Of a stretch of DNA of 64,000 nt, positions 52,811 to 64,000 are shown one piece after another. Position 1 is the first letter of the stretch. Each line of letters opens with the position of its first letter. A program made the translations under genes and the position numbers. The notes below the pieces were generated by a model. The model did not search any database. It was not told where the DNA came from and saw nothing but the letters and a program-made list of their open reading frames with translations. The DNA lies in assembly GCA_965285935.1 (NCBI GenBank), contig OZ260665.1, positions 17,422,001-17,486,000 of the forward strand, given 5' to 3'. Source of the DNA: Ophelia neglecta (lineage: Eukaryota).

Positions 52811-53566
52811 GTGCTTTCTGTGGGGGAGAGTGAAGAGAATGGGGGAATGATGAAGAGCAGGGGTTAAGAGGAGGGACAGAGCAGAGGTTAAGTAAGGGTT
52901 GCATTTTTTTTTGGGGGGGGGGCGGTTTTGGGAGAAGGCGGGGGGGGGGGGGGGGGTTGTCTGGTAGACCCATTAGTCAAATCAAGAAGGGTATATGGGT
53001 TTTACACTAAAATAGGGCCCTTGCGGACCTATATATGGCGTCCAACTGCATCCGGCCAGACGCACCTCTCCTTCAAACATTCTACCCTTTAATTGAACCA
53101 TAAACTTATTAACGCAGGCATCTCGTAGGAAATATTTGTGACCAGAAAAGATGTATAATTTGACAATATCCGACACTTTTCTGCTAAAAATATCACTATC
53201 ATTATTAATACCACTAACCTGGTGTAACGTTTCAAATGTCGGGGACCATATTTTCGCTTTTCGGCCGATTTTGGCGTATACCATACAAATATTTTGGCTG
53301 CTAACATTTGCCGGAGTACATTGTAGTACAGGGATAGTTTGATAGAAGTTGGTCTTTTTCGCCTACAAGGCTTCTTGGGGTCGTGACCTGACCTCGTACA
53401 ATGTCTACACACGCTTGAACGGCCACGGTCGCGAATCGCCACTTGTCTTTATTATATCACGCAAAGAAAAACACATCGCGCTACCCAGATCATAACTTAA
53501 TACGAAGCTACCCTTGCCTGTGCTGAGAACACCTAGCGAGGAAAGTGCGGGACAGGCACAAGCATC

Positions 53567-56307
53567 ATGGCGATGGTCCTATCACAAAATATTAAAGTTG
53601 GCCTGATATATCTAGTATTAATATTAGAGCTTGTGCAAGGACAATCCACTGGAAGTAATGACTTTGTAAGGTATGATATAGGCGACAAGGACCAAGGAAT
53701 CTGTTCTTATTTTGTACGAGGTTCCGTAGCAGACGACTGCCAGGGTCTGTCCGGTCTGACAGCCGATGGGGAAACTACGGTGGCCCAGCAGGTAACAGTC
53801 TTACAACAAGACTCGGTCAGACAACAGAGAAAACTGGACCAGCAGGAACAACTTCTATCGGAGCAAAAGGACCAGATCGAGGGATTGGAGAACAAGATAA
53901 AATCATTGGAAGATAGACTGGACGCCGTGCTACAAAGTGGAGGTATGAATACACGTCTGAATGTAGTGCCTAAATGTCTTTTCCGTGCGATAATAGGTTT
54001 ATTCAGCGCACGTTGAAAATACGGATTTAATTCCGCGCAGTAAGTAGTACAGTATTCGTGGAATAAGCCTACTTAATGCTCGAAATAAACGATGCGCGAA
54101 CTTAATACTGTATTAATTTTGATAAACAGGTGTCAGCACTGTTGTCATATAAATAACACAAGAAACTTCGACAGCGGAAAAATCGCACAACACCCAGAAC
54201 AAAATCCTTCTCACGAAATGCCCCGTCTGACATTTACCTGCTTAGACCTATTTTCCCTCAGAAATCACGTAGTTTCTTTTGCCTGAATTAAAAAAGCTAG
54301 AGAAAACTTTATTCATTTGGTATATCTTAAAGCTATAATTCATATCGGGAATCGCTAGGGCGAACTTTGTAGAAATAATGACCCGAGTTATGGCAAAAAA
54401 TTGCTCTAGTTAAAGCTAAACTGTGGATTTACTTAGGGCACCAGTATGCTGTCCAAAGGCTGTTTTTTAATTGCGCACGGGCTTTAAAAATTTAGCCTTA
54501 AAAAACTACCCTAGGAGCGGAGCTTACCCGGATGCCAAGTATACTGACTGAATTTTATTTTAAAATTATTTGTAGTTAGATATACGAACATTGTCTTATT
54601 GAATAATTAATCAATTAATTACTAAAGTAACTATTAATCTCAATAACGTCTTTGTGTAGCCTTTACAAACGCAGGTAAAATAGAGTACATAGATTATAAT
54701 ATGTTTTTTGCAGAAGAAAAATGTCTTTGAGAGGTGTTGTTTTCAGTGTTTTGTCATTACACATCTAAAGATACGTCACTTCCTTGTATTCTGGAAGCCA
54801 CAAAACTATATTTACTGTTAAATACTCACAATGTTATTATTAAAAAAAATATAGGCCTAACTCCACGTTACCCCACAAAGTAAAATGCAATTTAAAAAAA
54901 AATCAAATTATATATTATTAGGTTTTATAAGTTGAACTTATACAATGATATGTTATTATTTAGTATTGTAATTCAGGTGATTTATTATTTTTAGGTACGG
55001 GTGGTCTCAGTGGCGTTGCTGTCCCTGGGCCTCCCGGTCCGATTGGTCCAGCGGGACCTCCTGGCGTACCAGGGAGTAAAGGCAGGACAGGGGCTACGGG
55101 CAGCCGTGGTACGATAGGGGCCACTGGCGGTACCGGACCCCTCGGCGGCCCTCCGGGCGTCCCCGGTGTGCCTGGACGAGATGGGTCTACAGGAGGTACC
55201 GGTCCTGGGGGTAGAACAGGGGCGACCGGTGCCAGCGGACGACCGGGGTCACTTGGCAGGCCAGGCTCTACCGGTCTGGCCGGAAAAACAGGTCCTGCCG
55301 GTGTTCCTGGCGAACCAGGACCTATCGGGCCCGGCGGGGGACCTCCAGGGCCCACAGGAGCTACTGGGGCTGCCGGTCCATCGGGCGGACCCCCAGGGGT
55401 GGCTGGAGCACAAGGAAGGGATGGCAAAACCGGAGCTACAGGGACCGCTGGACCAGTTGGTCGTACAGGGGCCACCGGTAATTTGGGCCCTGCCGGCCCG
55501 AACGGTATATCAGGCCGCACCGGGGCAACGGGATCTAGTGGCCTTCCCGGTTCCGTCGGCGAGCCTGGGGCAATCGGTGCCACTGGACCTCTAGGAGGGC
55601 CTCCTGGGGCAACTGGGGCTTCCGGGCGCCCAGGACCCTCGGGCGGTCCTCCTGGTCCTTCAGGGGCGACCGGGTCTACTGGAGTCGCTGGTGCAGACGG
55701 CGGGGTAGGTCCTGCCGGCCGAACTGGGGCCACAGGGCAACGGGGAAGAACGGGAGCGCCTGGAGTGTCTGGTGGTACAGGAGCAACGGGTTCTAAAGGC
55801 TTCGCCGGGCGGCCAGGGACTCCAGGTGCCCCCGGGCCAAGCGGCGGGCCGCCGGGACCCGCTGGAGCGACAGGGAGCACGGGGCCGGGCGGGGGCCCAC
55901 CTGGTGCTACGGGAGCTACCGGTAGCCTGGGTCGGACGGGGGCTACCGGTACCGCTGGAACCTCCGGGTCCTCGGGACCGAAAGGACCAACAGGCGCAAC
56001 GGGATCCACAGGGCCCCTGGGATTCACCGGCGCCACAGGACCTGATGGAAAGACCGGCGCTGACGGACTCCCCGGGCCAACCGGACCTGGAGGCGGGCCT
56101 CCTGGACCCATAGGCGCCACCGGCTTCACGGGACCTCTCGGCGGGCCTCCGGGGCGGACAGGAGCCACCGGCAGCAATGGAAAAACGGGAGCTACTGGAC
56201 AGCCGGGCAAGTTTGGTCGAACGGGTGCAACTGGAAATACAGGATCACGTGGTCCGTCTGGCTTTACCGGCGCTACTGGATCTCCAGGGCCATCCTCGAG
56301 ACGGTAA
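53567..56307 (+). CDS. Secreted collagen-like protein, copy D (older paralog); exons 53567-53942 and 54995-56307, 562 aa
   Basis: Signal peptide, C-x11-C ([13 protein letters not shown]) and long coiled coil ([33 protein letters not shown]); phase-1 GTATGA..TTTAG intron; ~140 Gly-X-Y triplets with nine G-GPP interruptions. Confidence 0.88.
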
Positions 56308-57935
56308 TCCGCCTGGAAAATATGCCATCGGTGTTCAGGTCCTTACTTGTCTTATTCAGTCCTGTAAAAGGCGGGACGGCAGGAGTGACGAAGGAAATCA
56401 AAAAGGAACTGCTTAGTAGACGATACGAGTCGGGAAAAAACGGCTGATTGTATACTACTGGCTGGAAAATGAACCACAGTGAAGTCAAATTGTGAAACGC
56501 GGAATTTGTATTCTGTTGGACTTAAGATTATTTTAGAGAGCAATACGCGGGACATTATTCTTAAACGCTAGAATTTTTGTTCATTTCTTATTAATTTTTA
56601 ACTGCTGGCAGATTATTAGATTAATAAAAATGGATTCAACTGACATAATTCTATTGTTCCTGTCATTGCGTCACGTGGGATGGTGGACGCGGGTGGTGGG
56701 TGAGTGTATGGAGAGGGTGGCGGTTAGGGGTCAGGACCCCTTTTTCTTTGCAAAAATGGCTCATGGGGCTGTCTAGAGAGAGTGGGATAGGTGCCACGCC
56801 CACCCCGACCCCTGCCCCCGGAGCTGGCCTGGGGGCTTTCGTTGCTCCTCTTTGATATATATGGCTAGACCAACTTAAGTTACCCCGAGCTATGAATGTG
56901 CGGAATAAACCTAAACTTAGGGAGTGTTCATTATTTATCACCAGGGGAGGGTCATTGTCTATTTGTCCCCGGCTTGGACCGCTTTTTTTCCACTCATTCT
57001 AGGGGACAGTCAGAAACTTTTCCTTGTACTGTAACAGTAAAAAAAAGGCTACTACGAAAATTCCCAAATTTCGCCAAAGGAAAATGTCGCGATATTAAAA
57101 CAGGCGAATTTCGCCTAGTAGGTATATATCAAGACTATATCTCTAGCAATGAAAGTAAATAAATGCTGAGGGTCAGTTTTTCGAAAAGGTGTGATTTTTT
57201 CCCCGTAACAGTATTATTTCTAATAATTTTCTAATGAATTAATAGAGTTTACGAAAGAATCCGACAACTAAGAAGCATTGCGTGAATTGCCTACAATGTT
57301 GTATTTATTGCAAGCTTAATTAGGTATTATTATCAGTATTTTAACTGATTATTATAATAAACACATGTTCACTTAGCACGTATGCCTGTAGGCTGGATTG
57401 TGGCCAAAGTCACTCGCGCCGAAATACACAACAGTATTACCCACTTTATTATGGTTTATTCGCTGCAAAAAACGCAAAACCTAGATGTATAGTTTAACGG
57501 GGTGTTATACTACTGCGAGGATATCGAACGAGGCTTTTTGGCGTCAAGGAAATATATATACGGCATTAAGTAGTAACAAATTTAGTATTTTAATGACCAA
57601 AGTTGTTCACAGCTGACTGAAATGAGGCGGGTACGAGAAACAGAGGTCATTTGCAAGAAAATAAAAAACTATTAAGCTAATTGTTTTAAACGTGTTGTAT
57701 GGTGTTGTCGAAAATGCGGAAAACACGGGTAAGATACTGAAAGGGAACCATTAAAGGTTGAAACTGTGGCAGAATGTAGCTTAGAAGTAGCCACGGAGAT
57801 ATAAGAAGACGCGGCTTGTACATGAAAGACGTAAGATAAATACTAAATAAGCCAATGAAGTCGCCGTGGTGCTAACAGACATTTATTTTGAGAATCATTA
57901 TATGTCGTGGTGTGAAAATATTAGTAATTCCTAAT

Positions 57936-60900
57936 TTAATTAATATCTGTCGTTGGAATATACATTTTACTGTCAGCTACAAACTGTTTATTTAATGAAC
58001 TATCACTAGAAAGTTGTTCGGGCGTAGACTGCAAAACCAGCTCACACGTTGTTTTACCTCCGTTACTACTCGGTGTCATGGAAAGTGTGTCAGTCGCCGA
58101 TTGCAGCGCCGCTGTGACAGTGCCCAACTTTTTAAAGAGATATGGTGTGTAAAGAACAAGGTTACTAAACAGCTTGCTGTCCATAATACCCAGATCTACA
58201 CCGCCATCTAGCGGTATATCAACGAAGTTGAAAGATGGGTCCAAAACTCTATTGACATCGTCTATCGTTTGGTATATGCTATCAAGCAAGGCGAAGTCGG
58301 CGTATTTGAGCACATGACCTTCAAAGGATTTCACCTTGGTGAGAAGGTCACTGAGTTTTAACCGAGAGAGGTTTACAATTGACAGGAAGTCGGTCACTAG
58401 GTCAGTCTGTACGGTTTTCCCAACGCTAGGACTTGCGCGCAGGTAGCGATGGACGGATATGACGTCACCCAACGTGCAGAATACTTTAATATCCACTGGT
58501 TTGACAAGTTTTAAGGTCATGAGAAAATCCTTTCTGTGGGCAGAAATGTGTTGATGGCGTCCATCCAGAGAGGCAATATGAGTTTTAAAATCCTCCAAAA
58601 CGTTCTGAAAAGACGTTGCACAGTCTATTCGGGACATGAAGTTTGGTTCTTTAACTGAAATCATAAAACATATAAAAAAAAATTTGTAAAACGGCTATTC
58701 GAAATAGTGATGTATATACGCAACAAAAAACACTTCTTTCTCTAGGCAAGGCAATAAGGCGAATAACAGGGTGGAAACTATATCCATGTTATCAGAGTTT
58801 TAATAGAGTTGGGAACTGCATGATTGCCGGTTATAGCCGTCGGCATCCAGAAAAATACGGAAAAATATAGGTTTTTCTAAAGCAAAACGCCGTCCGCTTT
58901 TGAACATTTTGTCTCCATTTTAAGGAAGAATATTCGTTACATGGGTGGACCCAATGAGCATGCAGTCCCCCTCCCACGCCCTCGGGAACAGCCCTACAGG
59001 GCACTCGTTGTGAAAACAATTGACAGTGACATCACAGTACAGTGAAACCTGCCTTAAAGACCACCTCTGTATTAGGACCACCTGTCAATTCAGACCACTA
59101 ATATGAAGGTTATAGTATACATTTTCAATGTAAATTAACCTCTGTAAATAGACCGCCTCTATAATCAGACCTACAATTGCCAGTCCCTTGGGTGGTCTTA
59201 AATCACAGGTTTGACTGTAGTTGTATTCTATAGTTACCTTCTCTCTCTTCAAGGTTCAATCCGGGTTCCTGTTTAATGGCGTTGTCAATATCCACAATGG
59301 TCAGCTCTCGTTTACAGCGCTCGAAATCGGCTGGCTCAATGATAGTGTCCAAGATGAGATTCTGTCAAACGGAAATAGGCAGTGGAATCAAATGTTTACT
59401 ACTTTCGCTTTTTTTTATCTTTTTCAGTAAAACAATTGGTTATGTCACCCCACTGTTCATGCAGTAAATTCGGAAGCACGAATCTACTGATGTCAGCAGA
59501 TTCGTAAACTGTCTCGTGTGTGTATTTACTTATCCACTTGTATTGTATAATGCCTACCTAGCCCTGGCAGGAGAAGTTATATAACACAATACTTGAAGAG
59601 TTACTACGCCTGACCGCATTATAATGAGCGATAACACCGGACACTACAGCCCTGGATTCCTATAGAACTAATGATTCCGCGCACCGCCACAATTTTCTTT
59701 TTCAATTTTCTTTTCTTACCTTGCCCTTAAGGAATTGTAAGTTTGAAAACTGGTCATATTTTCAATGGAAAATATGATTAAATTACATTTCAAATTTCAA
59801 AATCCAACAACGGTGTTGTTGATGTTTGCAAACATTTCATCTGAATTTCATGTAATTTTCATTTCATTTGCGCCGTCCGTCTTGTGGCTAATTGTGGAAC
59901 AATGACGTGGAGGTTTTACCCCTGACTATTTATAACAGAATTGACTTGTGCATAGTAGATTCATAGAACCGAACTCCATCGGCGCGACAGCGCCACGGCC
60001 ATTCGAATCTACGAATCTACTGCTGCTCGTTCATTCTCTACTTCATAACTAGGTGATGTCTTACATCTTGATTTTCAACAGTTTTCCCGACTTTTTTTCA
60101 ACGCAGATTCGGAAAATGTTATAAACTGATTAACTCGTGATTGCATTGTTAGAAAAGTGACTATTTGTCGATGGATACGAGTGGAAGGAATCTTACAAAC
60201 CAAATAAGGGACATGAGCAAACTAGTTTCACATGAATTGCATTTCTTTAGCAAGTAAAGCAACGAAATTTTTGGTCATTAATTAAACCGCTATAGGAGTC
60301 ATGTTGCCTGGCAAAAGGTGCTAGCTAATTATGTACCTGAACTCCCATCTCCTCCATGAGCTCTGCGTTGGCAAGGACTTGATTCACGATCTTGTTGAGA
60401 AATCGTTTCCGGTAGAGTTTCTCCAGACGCTGTAGAGCGCTCGGAGTTCGACACTGCATCTGAATGACCAGACTACCAACCGACAGCGTCTTGATCTCAA
60501 TGTCTGCAAGGTCAGGCAGGGCGGAGAACTGCTCTATGTAGATACTCTCATCCCGCAATACGGCTGGAAACAGATGAATTAACTTTACACATTTTATTAG
60601 ATTTAACCGCGACAACACAGGAAAGAATACCATGCAGATAAAGCAAAATACATGATCAAGAATGGTCGAGATACGGTCTAGCGAAACACCGAAATAACCT
60701 TTGCAATGCCGAAATAACCCGAAATAACCTCTAAAAACTATTAATTTTATCGAAATAACCCCTTTTTCATTTGTGGAACTTATAATTTATAAGTGTGAGA
60801 CCTTTGGCACCTAGCGATTGATGGTGAAATAGCAGTCATTTTGATGTACCCGACCGGGCATAGATCGTATTGTGTTAAGTTGAAAATAGGTCATTGGAAA

Positions 60901-62744
60901 AGCTATTATCGATTAAAAACGGTCTAAACATACTATATTATAAATACCGAACATGATAAAAAGGTTATTTAAAAAAAAGAAAAAAAGTTTTAAACGTTAT
61001 TCCGGGTTATCTCGGTATTTCAAAGGTTATTCCGGTGTTTCGCCTGATCCGTCTAGATATATCAAAACTCGAAATTCATCGGGATTCCTCAACTAACTTT
61101 TGGGCAAAAAGCGTCAATCCCCACTTCCCCCGGGTAATGTTGTATTTTATATGGCTACCCCTGCTGCAAGTGGGAACAAAAATTTAGATTAGCGCATCAG
61201 ATGTAAATGCTGTCCTAATCACCTTCTCGCTCGACATAAAACCAAATATATATGTATTTTAACAGTCGACCATGGCATTATTTCAAGCTATGGTCGCCAT
61301 GAAAATTTTTCCTTTGAAACATAATGGTTTGTTGGGGATACGCAGGAAAACGTGAACTCTCCACGATCCTTTGTCTTCATATAGTCTGTGATTGTGATAT
61401 GCATTGAACTTATCTTTTTCAATGTCCGCTATGTTTGAATGTTCTTTTTAGAAATACTCAAACGTAGATATGTTCATTTTATGCGATGTCTCTTTTCTAA
61501 ATTACATTTCGTAGCGTTTATGTGAGAAGTGTCTGACAGAGGTTTGTCCACACGGTCTTAATTCAGTTTATAAGCAAGATACAATTGTCTTTCCTATATA
61601 TGTGCATTGCCTTCTTTCTCTTGTAGTCCTCAACAACAACCATGGAGGCTTGTTCGTTTACAGTGAAACCTGTGAATTGAGACCACCCTAAGGACTAGAA
61701 TAAACTGGTCTAATTATTGAGGTGGTCTGTTTGGACAGGTTATTTTACATGCACATTGTAAATTATTGTCTTCAGATTAGTGGTCTGAATTCCAGGTTGT
61801 CTGAATAAAGAGGTGGATTATAAGGATGCGTGAATCAATGATTGCCTGCCTGGGAGAGGGGGGGGGGGGGGGGGCAGGGGCAAGAGATGTGCGCAAAGCG
61901 ACCCAATGCTACCAGCCCACCCCTAAAACTAAACAATAAACCCCTTCATTGGGTTGAAAAGAATCACCCCTCTCTCCCAACTCTGACCTGGGTTTCTTTG
62001 AACAGTTCTTTAATCCATGTTGGCTATTAATTAATTATGTCACGAACTTGTTGTTTATTCTTGGCGCTTAAGTTTGAGAATGCATATTAAAAAAATGACA
62101 TCAACGAGAAGAAATCAACGAAATAGAATAGAAGCGGAGGTTTTTTGAGGTTAGGTGGCGCAAAACATTCAAAAAAAAATCTTTGCCGATTTCAGTGTCC
62201 CCTCCACTGAAGAATACGGTTGACTTGGAGGGGTGTGTGTGGGGGGTTTGGGGTGAGGGTGGGGGCGGGCGGTGTTTGATAAATGATGACGGTTTACCTG
62301 TGTAGAAGATGAGTTCCTTGTTCTGGTAGGCACGCAGCCAGGAGGTCCCACTCACAGGATGAGGCATGTCTACATCTTGAACGGACACACGCACGTACAG
62401 ACTGCCTGTAACATAAACCAATTCTCCTTTAAGAGTGTCCGTTAATAGAAGCAAAATATACATACATATATATATATATGGTCCCTAATCTCAGAAACCC
62501 ACGGATAATCAACGGCGCAACCGCGGCGCATCCGCGTCCTGCTGCGTGCGGGCCATGGGGCTTAAAAAGGTGCTCGGCCACTTATCCATATGGGCCTATT
62601 TCCTGCGGCTGGGGGTACTACATGCCCGTCATACTGCAAAAAAACTTAGAGGACTAAAACCCGCCCCCTAGACCTACCACATAGCCGGAATTCTCAAAAT
62701 ACTTCGTCTGCAGGAGAAAAACTACATGCATACTCACCCGCCAT
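57936..62744 (-). CDS. TRADD-N/DEDD-C-like domain protein; exons 62744-62738, 62405-62298, 60563-60337, 59361-59238 and 58654-57936, 394 aa
   Basis: All four introns are GT-AG and phase-compatible (1,1,0,1); total 1185 nt. GSLVIQMQCRTPSALQRLEKLY..LNKIVNQVLANAELMEEMGVQNLILDTIIEPADFERCKREL matches the TRADD-like N-terminal domain pattern by eye. Confidence 0.75.
59040..59217. mobile_element. pogo-like MITE copy (intronic)
   Basis: TIRs (one mismatch) and TA flanks. Confidence 0.85.
60674..61051. mobile_element. MITE with long imperfect TIRs (intronic)
   Basis: cggtctagcgaaacaccgaaataacctttg... / ...caaaggttattccggtgtttcgcctgatccg; 8-bp TSD tcgagata/tctagata (1 mismatch). Confidence 0.75.
61661..61825. 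mobile_element. pogo-like MITE, right TIR lost
   Basis: Left TIR TAcagtgaaacctgtg and family-typical internal sequence. Confidence 0.7.
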
Positions 62745-64000
62745 TTTGTCAGAAAGCTTCGACGCCTTACAAAAGACAAGTTTAGTATCATTTCAAGTAG
62801 TGTAGTGTTGATCGAGGTATTCCGGACGGGAGACTGCTAGGCCGGGAGAATTCCTGACCTTAAACAAGTCGACCACTGCAGTGGATTACCATTAACTGAA
62901 TGACAACTTTCACGTATACACAACACACATATCGATCTATCGAGTCAATATTGAAGTTCGGTTCACTTGTACACGTTTATAGCGGTCTTAAGTTGAAACA
63001 TTCGCCTCACGAGGCTAAAACAAGAGAAAAGTGCACTTATCCAGACAGTGTCAAGAGTCTACATCCGGGGCCTCGCCGTGTTAAAACAAAAACCATTGTT
63101 TTCAAGATTAGAAGGGGGTGCCTCCGTCTAACAGGTCGGTAGTAGTCTAGGGAGAAGCCATATTATACTCAAAAATAGAATTCTGCGGAGAGACTTCCCC
63201 CTTAACAATACAGTGTGTGTCTTATCATTAATACACGCCAGTCGTCAAGGTGAGAGGGGGTGCTGCCGGCTTGAATAATTAAAACACATTTTCAAGCGAC
63301 GGTAATAAAGTAGACCAGTGAAGTTTAATATCTTGCATGTAACCGTGTCATTTAGAGTACACCACTAACTCCTCCCCTCTCCAACTCTACCCCCCCCCCC
63401 CCCCTCCCCCCGTTTTGGCTGCCTATGGAAGGTGTATCGACTTACATCGACAACCATAATGAGTTGGACAATATGAAGTGAAAAAAATACACGGAAGTCT
63501 TTCGGTGCAAGTGCTGCATGCACTAAAATAAACGCCGAGTCCGAAATAATCGCCGGGTCTTTTAATATTGCCGGGTGTATTATTCGTAATCCACTCTCAA
63601 TCACAAGCGTGCATATATTTTGCAGGTCACAGGGGGATACTTTGCGTGGGGCATAAACGCACTCGAGATTAACTTTCGCGTAACGACATGCAAAAAAAGC
63701 GAAATGTCATGAAACATTTGCACAGAATTTTTGCAACATAATTAATTGCATGCAGGTGCGAAAATTAGAGCCGGTAGACGGAAGTTTTACACGTTTATTT
63801 ATAATAATAATAAGTTTTATTCGTTTAGTGCAACCTAAAAGTTAATGCGGAATGAAAAATATAGAGCCAAGTCCAGACAAAAAGGTAAAAAAGGCAATAA
63901 ACCTACAAGCCCATTGTAATTAAAAAAATATCTAATCGATTTATTGGTTTAGCGCAAAATTGGTAATTAACTTTAAAAAAACAACAACTATGGATCCATT

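Noticed and set aside
52485-52973. Pro/His- and Gly-rich ORFs
   Set aside because: Translations of the G-rich minisatellite
54960-56210. 416-aa Pro/Val-rich ORF on the minus strand (also 47865-48410 and 17077-17343)
   Set aside because: Antisense shadow of Gly-X-Y codons; the splice signals and signal peptide support the plus strand
56290-56416. Possible continuation of collagen D through a GTAATC donor or a shifted frame
   Set aside because: No downstream plus-strand exon found before the convergent gene at 57936; cannot be supported without transcripts
59954-60021. ~68-bp imperfect palindrome agtagattc...gaatctact as a miRNA/ncRNA
   Set aside because: A related motif at ~59478-59506 suggests a tiny MITE remnant; no evidence of expression

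Overview
Intron-containing invertebrate genomic DNA. An innexin gene and GT-AG introns point to a non-vertebrate animal; a lophotrochozoan is an inference only. From left to right: (1) a divergent two-exon innexin gene on the minus strand. (2) A tandem cluster of four secreted collagen-like genes (A pseudogene, B, C, D), each built as signal peptide, Cys-x11-Cys, coiled coil and Thr-rich Gly-X-Y, with no C-terminal globular domain; A-C sit in recent segmental duplications. (3) A tandem pair of TIR elements carrying a ~330-bp satellite, inserted into a (TA)n tract. (4) An 18.7-kb nest of transposons: a Ty3/Gypsy LTR element (26341-45071) with an extra C2H2 zinc-finger ORF after pol, containing a 5'-truncated CR1/L2-group LINE, which in turn contains a very young, internally deleted BEL/Pao element whose Gag starts with a helix-hairpin-helix domain. 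(5) A 5-exon minus-strand gene with a TRADD-N/DEDD-C-like domain. Several MITE families are scattered throughout. Gene models were assembled by eye from splice sites and reading frame; no database searches were run.
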